Shown piece after piece: positions 50,434-59,541 of a DNA stretch of 64,000 nucleotides. Below the pieces are notes generated by a model. That model was not told the DNA's origin and made no database searches. It saw nothing but the letters and a program-made list of their open reading frames with translations. Source of the DNA: an uncultured Pelagibacteraceae bacterium (GTDB taxonomy: Bacteria > Pseudomonadota > Alphaproteobacteria > Pelagibacterales > AG-422-B15); contig CABYGA010000003.1 in NCBI GenBank assembly GCA_902518415.1, positions 894-64,893 of the forward strand, in the 5' to 3' direction. The position numbers and the translations under genes were made by a program. The stretch's first letter is position 1. Each line of letters begins with the position of its first letter.

Positions 50434-50862
50434 ATGACTACATTTGACTTATCGCCATTACTGCGCTCAAGCGTAGGTTTTGACGCATTTGACAATATTT
50501 TTGACTCTGTCTTTAATATGAATGAGACTGGAAGTGCTTACCCGCCTTACAATATTGTGAAATCAGGTAATAATTATACTATAACACTTGCAGTCGCTGG
50601 TTTTTCAATGTCTGACTTAGATATTTCTGTTCAAGAAAATGAGCTAATAATCAGTGGCAAGACCAATGATTCTGAAAATAATGTTGAGTTCTTGCATAAA
50701 GGTATTGCTGGGAGAAGCTTTGAAAGAAAATTTCGACTAGCTGATACTATCAAAGTATCTGATGCAAACTATGAGAATGGCTTATTGCACGTATTTCTTG
50801 AAAGGGAAATTCCAGAACATCAAAAACCAAGAAAAATAGAAATTAATAATAAAATTAATTAA
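50434..50862 (+). CDS. ibpA: small heat shock protein (Hsp20/alpha-crystallin family)
   Basis: 142 aa. It has YPPYNI, an alpha-crystallin domain (AVAGFSMSDLDISVQENELIISGK), and a C-terminal I-x-I-like motif KIEIN. Confidence 0.9.
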   Translation: MTTFDLSPLLRSSVGFDAFDNIFDSVFNMNETGSAYPPYNIVKSGNNYTITLAVAGFSMSDLDISVQENELIISGKTNDSENNVEFLHKGIAGRSFERKFRLADTIKVSDANYENGLLHVFLEREIPEHQKPRKIEINNKIN

Positions 50863-50872
50863 TATTAATAAG

Positions 50873-50910
50873 GAGCTGCTAATAATATTTAGCAGCTCAT
50901 CTATATTTTT
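50873..50910 (+). terminator. intrinsic terminator after ibpA
   Basis: GAGCTGCT-AATAATATTT-AGCAGCTC is followed by the T-rich ATCTATATTTTT, immediately before the next ATG. Confidence 0.6.
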
Positions 50911-51888
50911 ATGAAAGCAATTACTTTTGACAAATTTGGAGGCCCAGAAGTCCTATATGTATCTGACAACATAGAGACACCAATTGTTAGTGATGAAGAA
51001 GTATTAATCAAAGTTCATGCAGCAGGGATAAATAGGCCTGATATATTGCAACGCATGGGACAATATCCACCTCCTAAAGGTGCTTCGGAGATACTTGGAC
51101 TAGAGGTTTCAGGAAGTATAGTAGATTGTGGTAAAGGTATTGATAAAGAATTTCTAAACAAAAATGTTTGTGCTCTAGTAACAGGTGGTGGATATGCGGA
51201 ATATGTGAAATGCCATAAATCAACAATACTACCTGTTCCCAAAGGAATTTCGCTTAGTGATGCTTGCACTATTCCTGAAACTTTTTTTACAGTATGGACA
51301 AATTTATTTGACCTTGCGAAACTTAAAAGGAATGAAACACTACTTATTCACGGTGGTGCTAGCGGTATTGGGTTAACGGCTGTTTCAATGGCAATGGCCT
51401 TTGGAGTGAAATGCATTGTTACGGTAGGATCTGATGAAAAAGAAAAGTATTTAAATTCTCTAAATATAGAACGAGTAATTAATTATAAGACTGATGATTT
51501 TGAAAAAATAATTCTCAAAGAGTATGAAGGTATTGATGTAATTCTGGATATAGTAGGAGGGAATTACTTCCAAAAAAATCTAAATGTAATGAATCGTTTT
51601 GGAAGACTAATTAATATTGCTTATCTTCAGGGCTCAAAGATTGAAGCTAATCTTCTTCCAATTATGCTAAAGAGATTAGTTATTTCGGGTTCTACTTTAA
51701 GAACAAGGTCAAATAAAGAAAAGGCTGAAATAGCTGAAAATCTTAAAAAGAATATTTGGCCCTTGATAGAAAATAACAATATTAAACTTCATATTGACAA
51801 AAATTTTAATATCAGTGATGTCTCAAAAGCTCACCAATACATGGAAAATAATAAAAATATAGGCAAATTACTGCTAAATTTTGAGTAA
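50911..51888 (+). CDS. qor: NAD(P)H:quinone oxidoreductase (zeta-crystallin/PIG3-type MDR)
   Basis: 325 aa. It has AAGINRPDILQRMGQYPPP, the nucleotide motif IHGGASGIG, and GKLLL at the C-terminus. Confidence 0.8.
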   Translation: MKAITFDKFGGPEVLYVSDNIETPIVSDEEVLIKVHAAGINRPDILQRMGQYPPPKGASEILGLEVSGSIVDCGKGIDKEFLNKNVCALVTGGGYAEYVKCHKSTILPVPKGISLSDACTIPETFFTVWTNLFDLAKLKRNETLLIHGGASGIGLTAVSMAMAFGVKCIVTVGSDEKEKYLNSLNIERVINYKTDDFEKIILKEYEGIDVILDIVGGNYFQKNLNVMNRFGRLINIAYLQGSKIEANLLPIMLKRLVISGSTLRTRSNKEKAEIAENLKKNIWPLIENNNIKLHIDKNFNISDVSKAHQYMENNKNIGKLLLNFE

Positions 51889-51940
51889 AGCTTTGAAAAA
51901 ATGATAAACTAACATATAAGGATTTTTTTAATTACAGATT

Positions 51941-52582
51941 ATGAAAAAAATAAAATTACCACTTATGCCAAAAGCTACTGCAATTTGGCTTGTAGATAAC
52001 ACTTCCCTCTCTTTTAGACAGATTGGAGATTTCTGTGGCATGCACGAACTAGAAATCAAAGGTATAGCTGACGGCGAAGTAGGTGCAGGAATTAAAGGAT
52101 TAAATCCAATTACTAGTGGTCAATTAACTAAAGAAGAAATTGATAGATGTGTTACATCTGAAGAAGAAGATCTTCAAATCATTGAAAATGAAATTTCTGA
52201 GAAAACAGAACAATCAAAGAAAAAAAAGAAATATACACCCCTATCTAAAAGACAAGATCGACCAGATGCTGTCTATTGGTTGATTAGAAATCACCCTGAA
52301 TTAAAAGACTCTCAGGTAGCTCGTTTAGTAGGAAGTACAAAAAATACTATAGACGGAATAAGAAAGAGAACTCATTGGAATATGGCAAACATCAGACCTC
52401 AAGACCCAATCGGTCTTGGTCTTTGTAGGCAAATAGAATTAGATGAAGCTCTTGAAAAAGCTGAGCGCTCAATCAAGCGCGCTGAAAAGAAAAAAGCAAA
52501 AGAAGAAAAGCTTAAATTAGAGGAAATGAATATTCAAAATGAAGAAAATCTATCCTCTACAAATACAACTATAGACGAATAA
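51941..52582 (+). CDS. DUF1013-domain protein (alphaproteobacteria-specific)
   Basis: 213 aa. The N-terminus LMPKATAIWLVDNTSLSFRQIGDFCGMHELEIKGIADGEV matches the conserved DUF1013 family as I recall it. Confidence 0.7.
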   Translation: MKKIKLPLMPKATAIWLVDNTSLSFRQIGDFCGMHELEIKGIADGEVGAGIKGLNPITSGQLTKEEIDRCVTSEEEDLQIIENEISEKTEQSKKKKKYTPLSKRQDRPDAVYWLIRNHPELKDSQVARLVGSTKNTIDGIRKRTHWNMANIRPQDPIGLGLCRQIELDEALEKAERSIKRAEKKKAKEEKLKLEEMNIQNEENLSSTNTTIDE

Positions 52583-52588
52583 GTTTTA

Positions 52589-53080
52589 TTGATGAGAAGT
52601 TTGCCACTCGTTAGCATAATAATGGGAAGCCAATCTGATTGGCCAACAATGAAGCATGCATCAAAAATTCTAACTACTTTTAAAATTAAACATGAAGTAA
52701 AAATTATTTCTGCCCATCGCACTCCCAAAAGATTATTCACGTACGCGGAGGAGGCAGACAGAAGAGGCATAAAAGTAATAATTGCAGGGGCTGGGGGAGC
52801 TGCTCATCTTCCTGGCATGACTGCATCAATAAGTAATTTACCTGTGCTGGGTGTTCCAGTTGAATCTAAAAGGTTAAAAGGATTGGATAGCTTATTATCA
52901 ATAGCTCAAATGCCTGCAGGAGTTCCTGTGGGATCACTAGCTGTAGGAGAGTCTGGAGCAAAGAATGCTGCCTTATTAGCAATTTCAATATTAAGTGGCG
53001 AAGATAAAATTCTTAAAAACAAATATAAGAGTTGGCGTTTAAAGCAAACCCGGTCAGTAAATATCAAACCTAAAAAATGA
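52589..53080 (+). CDS. purE: N5-carboxyaminoimidazole ribonucleotide mutase
   Basis: 163 aa. It has [15 protein letters not shown] and [10 protein letters not shown]. Confidence 0.9.
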   Translation: MMRSLPLVSIIMGSQSDWPTMKHASKILTTFKIKHEVKIISAHRTPKRLFTYAEEADRRGIKVIIAGAGGAAHLPGMTASISNLPVLGVPVESKRLKGLDSLLSIAQMPAGVPVGSLAVGESGAKNAALLAISILSGEDKILKNKYKSWRLKQTRSVNIKPKK

Positions 53081-54150
53081 GTTTAAAAATTTCCACCGTT
53101 GGCATCATTGGTGGTGGACAGCTGGGCATGTTCTTAGCTCATTCATGTAATAAGTTAGGACTTAAAGTAATCGTTTACTCAGACAGCAAAAGAGTTCCCG
53201 CAGAAAAATATGCTGACAAGATGTTCTACGGTTCCTTTGAGGATGTTGAAAGTTTAAAAATTTTTAGTAGTGAAGTAGATCTTATAACCTACGAATTTGA
53301 AAATGTATCAACTAAAGCTCTTAAAAAATTAAAGAGAAAGAAAATATATCCACCTATTTCTGCACTGGCTATTAGTCAGGATAGAAAAAAAGAGAAACAA
53401 TTCTTCTCAAAAAATAAAATTAACCACGCAGGAATTGGTCTTCTAAATAATAAGAATAGTTTGAAAAATCTAAAAACTTCAATTCAATATCCTGTAATAT
53501 TAAAAACAACCAGATTTGGCTACGATGGCAAAGGACAAACCTTGGTAAAAAACACGAAAAATTTAGAAAAACAATGGAAAGAGAATGGCTATCAGGATTG
53601 TATTATAGAAAAGAAGATTAATCTTAAAAAAGAAGTTTCAGTTATATGCGCCAGAGACACGAAACGAAATTTTTATTTTTATCCAACATTCGCCAATGTA
53701 CACAAAAACCATATTCTTTTTGAAACCAAATCGCCTAGCAGTATAGATGAGGAAATTGAAGGTAAATTATTAAAAATATCAAAAAAAATTATTACAAAGC
53801 TTAATTATATTGGATTATTAACGATTGAATTTTTCATTGATAAAGAAAATAATATTTTTGTTAACGAAATTGCTCCAAGGGTTCATAATTCTGGGCATAT
53901 AACCCTTGATAATGCAAATATAAGTCAGTTTGATTTGCACATAAAAGCCATTACAGGAAAAAAAATTCTTAAACCCAAAATACTTAAAAAAGGACTTATG
54001 AGAAATCTCATAGGTAATGAAGTAAAAAGAGTAAACAGAATAAAATCTATGAGGAAGTATAAAGGCTTCAAAAAAAATATTAAATATGAATATGGCAAAA
54101 AAATCATAAAAGGTGGCCGAAAAATGGGTCACATTAATTTTATCTCATAA
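53077..54150 (+). CDS. purK: N5-carboxyaminoimidazole ribonucleotide synthase
   Basis: 357 aa, ATP-grasp. It has [27 protein letters not shown] and GRKMGHI. It overlaps purE by 4 nt. Confidence 0.85.
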   Translation: MSLKISTVGIIGGGQLGMFLAHSCNKLGLKVIVYSDSKRVPAEKYADKMFYGSFEDVESLKIFSSEVDLITYEFENVSTKALKKLKRKKIYPPISALAISQDRKKEKQFFSKNKINHAGIGLLNNKNSLKNLKTSIQYPVILKTTRFGYDGKGQTLVKNTKNLEKQWKENGYQDCIIEKKINLKKEVSVICARDTKRNFYFYPTFANVHKNHILFETKSPSSIDEEIEGKLLKISKKIITKLNYIGLLTIEFFIDKENNIFVNEIAPRVHNSGHITLDNANISQFDLHIKAITGKKILKPKILKKGLMRNLIGNEVKRVNRIKSMRKYKGFKKNIKYEYGKKIIKGGRKMGHINFIS

Positions 54151-54190
54151 TTGAATATAATTTTATTTGGCTAGACAAAGGAATTCCAAG

Positions 54191-54241
54191 ATGGTAAAAA
54201 CGCCCAAATTTGAAACGCTCTTAAGGAGGGCAGTACAATAG
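54191..54241 (+). CDS. 16-codon upstream ORF ending on the rpsU start (possible coupling leader)
   Basis: Its ATG is preceded by AAAGGA at 8-nt spacing. It encodes [16 protein letters not shown]. It contains the rpsU SD, and its TAG (54239-54241) overlaps the putative rpsU initiator ATA (54238-54240). Confidence 0.3.
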   Translation: MVKTPKFETLLRRAVQ

Positions 54242-54435
54242 TTGAAGTAAGTGTAAAAGATAACAATGTTGAAGGAGCTTTACGTATCCTCAAGAAAAAA
54301 ATGCAAAGAGAAGGTATTTTTAAAGAAATGAAAATGAGAACTTACTTCGAAAAGCCTAGTCAGAAAAAATTAAGAGAAAAAGCAGAAAACATCCGTCGTT
54401 CTCGAAAAATGGCTAGAAGAAAATTATACAGCTAA
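54238..54435 (+). CDS. rpsU: 30S ribosomal protein S21, apparent non-canonical ATA start (absent from the ORF track)
   Basis: Manual translation gives (ATA)[64 protein letters not shown]. It aligns residue for residue with alphaproteobacterial S21 ([26 protein letters not shown].., from memory). An in-frame TGA lies at 54211 and there is no ATG/GTG/TTG before the conserved N-terminus. SD AAGGAGG lies 8 nt upstream of the ATA. Confidence 0.8.
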   Translation: MVEVSVKDNNVEGALRILKKKMQREGIFKEMKMRTYFEKPSQKKLREKAENIRRSRKMARRKLYS

Positions 54436-54441
54436 GACTAG

Positions 54442-55842
54442 CTATAAGGCCTTAACAATACCCTCAACCATTTTTTTAGCATCGGAGAAAAGCATCATTG
54501 TATTGTCTCTGTAAAACAATTCATTATCTACTCCTGCATAACCTAAGCCTCTACCCCTCTTAACAAATAAAACTGTATTTGCATTTTCTACATCAAGTAT
54601 TGGCATGCCATAAATTGGTGAGGCTGGGTCAGTTTTAGCTATAGGATTAGTTACATCATTTGCTCCAATTACAAAAGCTACATCTGCTTGAGAAAATTCT
54701 GAATTAATATCTTCCAATTCAAAAACATCATCATATGGAACATTAGCCTCTGCTAACAAAACATTCATATGGCCAGGCATTCTCCCTGCAACTGGGTGAA
54801 TTGCAAAAGTTACTTTAACCCCATTTTTTTTTAGGGCATCAGTCATCTCTTTTAGTACGTGCTGAGCTTGAGCTACTGCCATTCCATAACCCGGCACAAT
54901 AATCACAGATCCTGCATTTTTCATTATAAATGCTGCGTCATCAAAGCCGCCTTCTTTTACCGGTCGTTGCTCTACATCTTTATTTACTGCAATATCATCA
55001 CCCCCAAAACCACCTAATATTACACTTATGAATGATCTATTCATTGCGGCACACATTATATAAGAAAGTATTGCGCCAGATGATCCAACTAGTGCACCAG
55101 TAATTATTAGTGCAGTATTCCCAAGCGTAAACCCAATACCTGCTGCAGCCCATCCTGAATAAGAATTAAGCATAGATACAACCACAGGCATATCTGCTCC
55201 GCCAATTGGAATAATAATTAAGAAACCAATTAAAAATGAAAGTGCTATTATTGTTAAATATATCTTTTGGTCTTGATTGAAGCAAAAATATACAATGCCA
55301 GCAATGATTATTATCCCAATAAGTAAATTGAGCATATGTTGGCCTTTAAATACTATTGGGGAACCAGACATTATTCCCTGAAGTTTACCAAAAGCAATAA
55401 CAGAGCCAGAAAAAGTGATTGCACCTATCACAGCTCCCAAAGACATTTCAACTAAACTTAGAGTTTTTATATTTCCCAAAGTCCCAATTTTAAATGCCTC
55501 AGGTGCATAAAATGCAGCTAGCGCAACAAATACAGCAGCTAAACCAACAAGGCTGTGGAAGCCTGCAACTAATTGTGGCATGTCTGTCATAGCAATTCTT
55601 TTAGCAATAATTGCCCCTATTATTCCGCCAATAGCAATTGCTACTATAACAAATACGATCGTTCGAATATCTGAAGTAAAAAAATTAACCGAGAATAAAG
55701 TTGCTAAAATAGCAATTATCATTCCTAAGATACCAAAAATATTTCCTCTTCTGGAACTTTCTGGAGATGAGAGCCCTCTTAAAGCAATAATAAAAAATAC
55801 ACCAGATACAACATATGCAATGGCAACTAGATTTGTTAGCAT
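54442..55842 (-). CDS. pntB: NAD(P) transhydrogenase subunit beta
   Basis: 466 aa with a multi-TM N-half and the dIII domain ([29 protein letters not shown]). Confidence 0.9.
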   Translation of the reverse strand: MLTNLVAIAYVVSGVFFIIALRGLSSPESSRRGNIFGILGMIIAILATLFSVNFFTSDIRTIVFVIVAIAIGGIIGAIIAKRIAMTDMPQLVAGFHSLVGLAAVFVALAAFYAPEAFKIGTLGNIKTLSLVEMSLGAVIGAITFSGSVIAFGKLQGIMSGSPIVFKGQHMLNLLIGIIIIAGIVYFCFNQDQKIYLTIIALSFLIGFLIIIPIGGADMPVVVSMLNSYSGWAAAGIGFTLGNTALIITGALVGSSGAILSYIMCAAMNRSFISVILGGFGGDDIAVNKDVEQRPVKEGGFDDAAFIMKNAGSVIIVPGYGMAVAQAQHVLKEMTDALKKNGVKVTFAIHPVAGRMPGHMNVLLAEANVPYDDVFELEDINSEFSQADVAFVIGANDVTNPIAKTDPASPIYGMPILDVENANTVLFVKRGRGLGYAGVDNELFYRDNTMMLFSDAKKMVEGIVKAL

Positions 55843-56166
55843 CTATTCTTTATCCTCTTTTTTTGGCTTTTTTTTATACATTGCAAGCATTCTCTGCGTT
55901 ACTAGAAACCCACCGAATATATTCACAGCAGCTAAAAGTACAGCAAGGAAACCAAAGCCTTTGGATAGGTTCCCTAAAAGTGATAAATCACTGCTGAGAA
56001 CTAGAGCAAATAATCCACCAACAATAATAACTGATGATATTGCATTAGTGACTGCCATCAATGGTGTATGTAAAGCAGGAGTAACACTCCATACAACGTA
56101 GTATCCAATAAATATCGATAAAACAAATATTGTTAATCTAAAAATATTTGGATCAACCAATTCCAT
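55843..56166 (-). CDS. pntAB: NAD(P) transhydrogenase subunit alpha part 2 (membrane part)
   Basis: 107 aa with 3 TM helices, located between pntAA and pntB as in Rhodospirillum-type split transhydrogenases. Confidence 0.85.
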   Translation of the reverse strand: MELVDPNIFRLTIFVLSIFIGYYVVWSVTPALHTPLMAVTNAISSVIIVGGLFALVLSSDLSLLGNLSKGFGFLAVLLAAVNIFGGFLVTQRMLAMYKKKPKKEDKE

Positions 56167-57287
56167 TATTTAAACTCCTCATTAGTAATTTCTTTATTTT
56201 TGGTCACAAGTATACCTTTTACAATCTCATCTTCCCAATCAATACTTAATTCTTTTGTCTCACTATCAATCAATAAATCCAAAAAATTTAAAATATTTTT
56301 AGAGAAAAGGGATGATGCATCTTGAGAAATAGTTGATGTAATGTCTTTTGTACCCACTACTGTTACTCCATTTACGTTATTTGTTTCGCCTGCAGTTGAG
56401 CATTCACAATTACCTCCACTTTCAGCTGCCAAATCAATGATAATTGATCCTGGCTTCATAGAATTCACTTGCTCTTTTGAAATTAATAATGGAGCTTTTT
56501 TTCCTGGTATCAAAGCTGTACATATAGCAATATCTTGAGATGCCAGAGTTGCAGAGATTAAATTTGCCTGCTTTAACTTAAATTCTTCACTCATCTCTTT
56601 TGCATATCCTCCAGATGTCTCAGCATCTTGAGATTCATCATCTTCAACCATCACAAATTTACCGCCTAAGCTTTCAACCTGCTCTTTTGCTGCCATTCTG
56701 ACGTCAGTTGCCGATACAATTGCACCTAATCTTTTTGCAGTTGCAATGGCTTGCAGTCCTGCAACACCAGCTCCAAATACCATGACCTTGGCAGGAGCTA
56801 TTGTTCCTGCTGCTGTCATCATCATGGGCATTGCTTTATTAAAAAGATAAGTAGCATCAACAACAGCTTTATATCCTGCCAAATTTGATTGTGATGACAA
56901 AATATCCATAGATTGTGCTCTTGTTATCCTGGGCATTAATTCCATTGCAAATGATGTTATACCCTTAACTTTTAATTTATTTAGTGTTTCACTATTATTA
57001 TATGGGTCGAGCGATGCAATTAATATTGATCCTTCATTCATTAGCTCTATTTCTTCGTCATTCGGTTTGTTGATTTTGAGTATCAGATTAGATTTACTAA
57101 TATCAGCAATCTCATTAGATATTGTTGCTCCACTTTTAATATAATCTTCATTGGAGAAATTTGAGTTTAATCCAGCATCGTCTTGTATGACTACATTAAG
57201 ACCCCAGTCCGTCATCTTCTTTACTGTATCTGGAGAAGCTGCCACTCTAGAGTCAGAATTACTTTCTTTAGGAATATAAACTTGCAT
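56166..57287 (-). CDS. pntAA: NAD(P) transhydrogenase subunit alpha part 1 (dI)
   Basis: 373 aa, alanine dehydrogenase/PNT fold, with Rossmann motif VFGAGVAGLQAIATAKRLGA. Confidence 0.9.
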   Translation of the reverse strand: MQVYIPKESNSDSRVAASPDTVKKMTDWGLNVVIQDDAGLNSNFSNEDYIKSGATISNEIADISKSNLILKINKPNDEEIELMNEGSILIASLDPYNNSETLNKLKVKGITSFAMELMPRITRAQSMDILSSQSNLAGYKAVVDATYLFNKAMPMMMTAAGTIAPAKVMVFGAGVAGLQAIATAKRLGAIVSATDVRMAAKEQVESLGGKFVMVEDDESQDAETSGGYAKEMSEEFKLKQANLISATLASQDIAICTALIPGKKAPLLISKEQVNSMKPGSIIIDLAAESGGNCECSTAGETNNVNGVTVVGTKDITSTISQDASSLFSKNILNFLDLLIDSETKELSIDWEDEIVKGILVTKNKEITNEEFK

Positions 57288-57299
57288 AATGAATAGAAT

Positions 57300-57410
57300 T
57301 TATAATAAGAAAATTGCCATGAATACCAGGACTAAGACCACTCCCACTGATCCCCAAACAATCAACTTTCCAAAAAATGTGTAGGTTTTTTTTTGTTCTG
57401 AAATGTCCAT
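57300..57410 (-). CDS. 36-aa single-TM peptide, aa3-type cytochrome oxidase subunit IV-like (not in the ORF track)
   Basis: Manual translation gives MDISEQKKTYTFFGKLIVWGSVGVVLVLVFMAIFLL*. The MDI..Q.KT(Y/F)..F motif followed by one TM helix resembles the small bacterial CoxIV family, which is often annotated upstream of pntAA in alphaproteobacteria (from memory). Confidence 0.55.
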   Translation of the reverse strand: MDISEQKKTYTFFGKLIVWGSVGVVLVLVFMAIFLL

Positions 57411-57499
57411 AATATTCAAGGTAATATATTTCTTAATTTATAATTTAACAGCATTATTTTTATATAACTTTTAGCACAAAAATTTATTTTATTTAGCTT

Positions 57500-58402
57500 T
57501 TACAATGCTTTAGAAGGCTTCGAATGATCCCAATCTATGACGAGCGATCTTAAGGCTGCAACTAAAGCTAAAGGTTGATCTACCATAATATGATGGTGAG
57601 CTTCAGGAATATTTATTATAGGAGATTTTTTATCCATCAGCTCGTGCATATATTTTGCACTTCTACCAGGAAAAAGAAGTGACTTCTCACCTCTAAATAT
57701 TGCGACCCTACACTTTAAACCCTTAAGCTTACTGCGATACAATGCTTGCCTTTCAGCGAAATTATCACTATTAAAAATTTTCATATAGTTTGGATCAAAC
57801 TTCCATGTCCATCCGCCTCTTACTTTTTTAATAGATTTTTCTGCAATATAATCCATTATATAATCAAGTGCATCACTTTGTGACGGGACAAGTCTAAATC
57901 TTTTTCTTATATCCGATTGTTTTTTATAAATTTTATTTGCTCTTATTTTTAAGTCAAATTTGGGTGGCTTTTCTGAAGGAGGCATTATTGCCGTATCCAC
58001 AATGACAAGACCATAAAGAGTTTTTCTCATTGATGAAGCAGCAATTACACTGCACATGCCTCCTAAGCTATGCCCTACTAAAATTGGCTTCTTAAGCTTC
58101 TCTTTTTGACAAACTCCAACTATTTCATCTCCCCATGACTCTATGGAATACGTTTTTTTCCAATCGCTCTCACCCATGCCCCCTAAATTCATTGCTATAA
58201 CTCTATGCGTTTTTGCAAAATACGGTCCAATAAAATTCCACCATTCAGCGTGTGCCATTCCACCATGAACAAATATTAGTCCAGGATTTTTTTTGTCGCC
58301 CCATGTATTATAAACAATCCTTGTTCCCTTAACTTTGACAGAACATATTTCTGGGTTATCGGCAATTGAGTCTTTAAACCATTGAGGTGTATTTGTATTC
58401 AT
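57500..58402 (-). CDS. alpha/beta-fold hydrolase
   Basis: 300 aa with oxyanion region FVHGG, nucleophile elbow GHSLGG and C-terminal His (EAHHHIM). Confidence 0.75.
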   Translation of the reverse strand: MNTNTPQWFKDSIADNPEICSVKVKGTRIVYNTWGDKKNPGLIFVHGGMAHAEWWNFIGPYFAKTHRVIAMNLGGMGESDWKKTYSIESWGDEIVGVCQKEKLKKPILVGHSLGGMCSVIAASSMRKTLYGLVIVDTAIMPPSEKPPKFDLKIRANKIYKKQSDIRKRFRLVPSQSDALDYIMDYIAEKSIKKVRGGWTWKFDPNYMKIFNSDNFAERQALYRSKLKGLKCRVAIFRGEKSLLFPGRSAKYMHELMDKKSPIINIPEAHHHIMVDQPLALVAALRSLVIDWDHSKPSKAL

Positions 58403-59103
58403 GAAGCAAGTTTTTTTAATGATTTAACTATTATTTTATGTAATAGCTTTGAAACACTTTTTATCTTAATTGGGTTTGAAAGTAAATCATTTCTGACTTC
58501 TATTAGCGCATGTGGGAGCTTATTTCTTAAACCATGCCTATACATACTGTCTCCAATCAAATTTCCTTTATACGGCTTATTATCTCCAACATTTATGTTT
58601 TGTGATCTAAGTTGATCAATAATTATACTACTTAAATTTTTGTCTTCATTTGAAAGAACGCCAAATTCTAAAAGTCTTTTTTTATTCTTAAATATTGGAT
58701 TAAAAGAATGTAAAGATAAAATAACTTTAACTTTTTCATTTTTTATAGTTCGATCTATTTCATTATGATATTTATTATAAATTTTTTTAACTCTTAATCT
58801 TAACTCACTTTTACTGAGCCCAATATTTCCAGGAATTATTTTTCTATCCACTATTTCTGGAATAACAGTTGGATCATCTAAATCTCTATTTAGATCTATA
58901 AGCAATCTCGAATATTTACCTTGTATGAGTCTACATTTGAGTCTAGTTGATAAATCTAAACTTAATTCTTTTACTCCAAGATCGAAGGCAATATGCTGAT
59001 TTAGAAAAGAATTTGGGAGGCCTAATTTATTATCTTCTTTAGATACGTGGTTAGATGCGTGATCTACAATTATTAGAATCTGATTTTCTAAGTATGTGGC
59101 CAA
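58399..59103 (-). CDS. N-formylglutamate amidohydrolase-family (FGase, PF05013-like) protein
   Basis: 234 aa. It has an N-terminal IIVDHASNHV, NRDLDDP and a SLHSF-type segment. TTG start lies 7 nt after the rpmJ stop. It overlaps the hydrolase gene by 4 nt. Confidence 0.6.
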   Translation of the reverse strand: MATYLENQILIIVDHASNHVSKEDNKLGLPNSFLNQHIAFDLGVKELSLDLSTRLKCRLIQGKYSRLLIDLNRDLDDPTVIPEIVDRKIIPGNIGLSKSELRLRVKKIYNKYHNEIDRTIKNEKVKVILSLHSFNPIFKNKKRLLEFGVLSNEDKNLSSIIIDQLRSQNINVGDNKPYKGNLIGDSMYRHGLRNKLPHALIEVRNDLLSNPIKIKSVSKLLHKIIVKSLKKLAS

Positions 59104-59110
59104 AAGTTAA

Positions 59111-59236
59111 TTAACCTTGGCGAGCTTTCATTCTTGGATTTTTCTTATTGATCACGTAAAGGCGACCCTTACGTTTTATAAGTTTATTATTTCTATCTCT
59201 GGTTTTGAGATTTTTTAGTGAACTTCTTACTTTCAT
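59111..59236 (-). CDS. rpmJ: 50S ribosomal protein L36 (not in the ORF track)
   Basis: Manual codon-by-codon translation gives [41 protein letters not shown], the zinc-less alphaproteobacterial L36 type. Confidence 0.9.
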   Translation of the reverse strand: MKVRSSLKNLKTRDRNNKLIKRKGRLYVINKKNPRMKARQG

Positions 59237-59367
59237 GATTGCTGCTCAACCTGAGGTGCATTAGCCTCTTCAATTCTTTTAAGTCTAACCTTCTCTTTAC
59301 GAATATTATTTTTTTTAGAGCGCTTTTTATTTAATCTTGCTTCTCTAATTTTGTTTGGCTTTTTCAT
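59233..59367 (-). CDS. 44-aa highly basic ORF translationally coupled to rpmJ (not in the ORF track)
   Basis: It encodes [44 protein letters not shown]. Its TGA overlaps the rpmJ ATG (ATGA). No strong SD is present. Composition alone could arise by chance in AT-rich DNA. Confidence 0.4.
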   Translation of the reverse strand: MKKPNKIREARLNKKRSKKNNIRKEKVRLKRIEEANAPQVEQQS

Positions 59368-59420
59368 ATCTACTGCGCTCTTTTATATAAAAAGTCAAAA
59401 AAAACAACATATTATTTATT

Positions 59421-59495
59421 TGGTGGGCACGGTTGGGATCGAACCAACAACCCCCACGATGTCAACGTGATGCTCTACCACTGAGCTACGTGCCC
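59421..59495 (-). tRNA. tRNA-Val (anticodon GAC), CCA encoded
   Basis: The reverse complement reads GGGCACG TA GCTC AGTGGTA GAGC A TCACG TTGACAT CGTGG GGGTT GTTGG TTCGATC CCAAC CGTGCCC A CCA. The anticodon loop TT-GAC-AT gives anticodon GAC. Confidence 0.9.
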
Positions 59496-59541
59496 TATGA
59501 AAAACTAAGTATATATAACATTATTTGGAGGTGATCTATAA

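Noticed and set aside
54430-54443. Small palindrome AGCTAAGACTAGCT between the rpsU and pntB stops as a bidirectional terminator
   Set aside because: It has only a 5-bp stem, a 4-nt loop and no flanking T or A runs, so it is too weak to call.
55580-56101. 173-aa ORF on the plus strand, plus a nested 60-aa ORF at 55815-55997
   Set aside because: It is antisense to pntB and pntAB, which have clear family signatures. The Ile/Pro/Ala-rich translation is the mirror of TM-helix codons.
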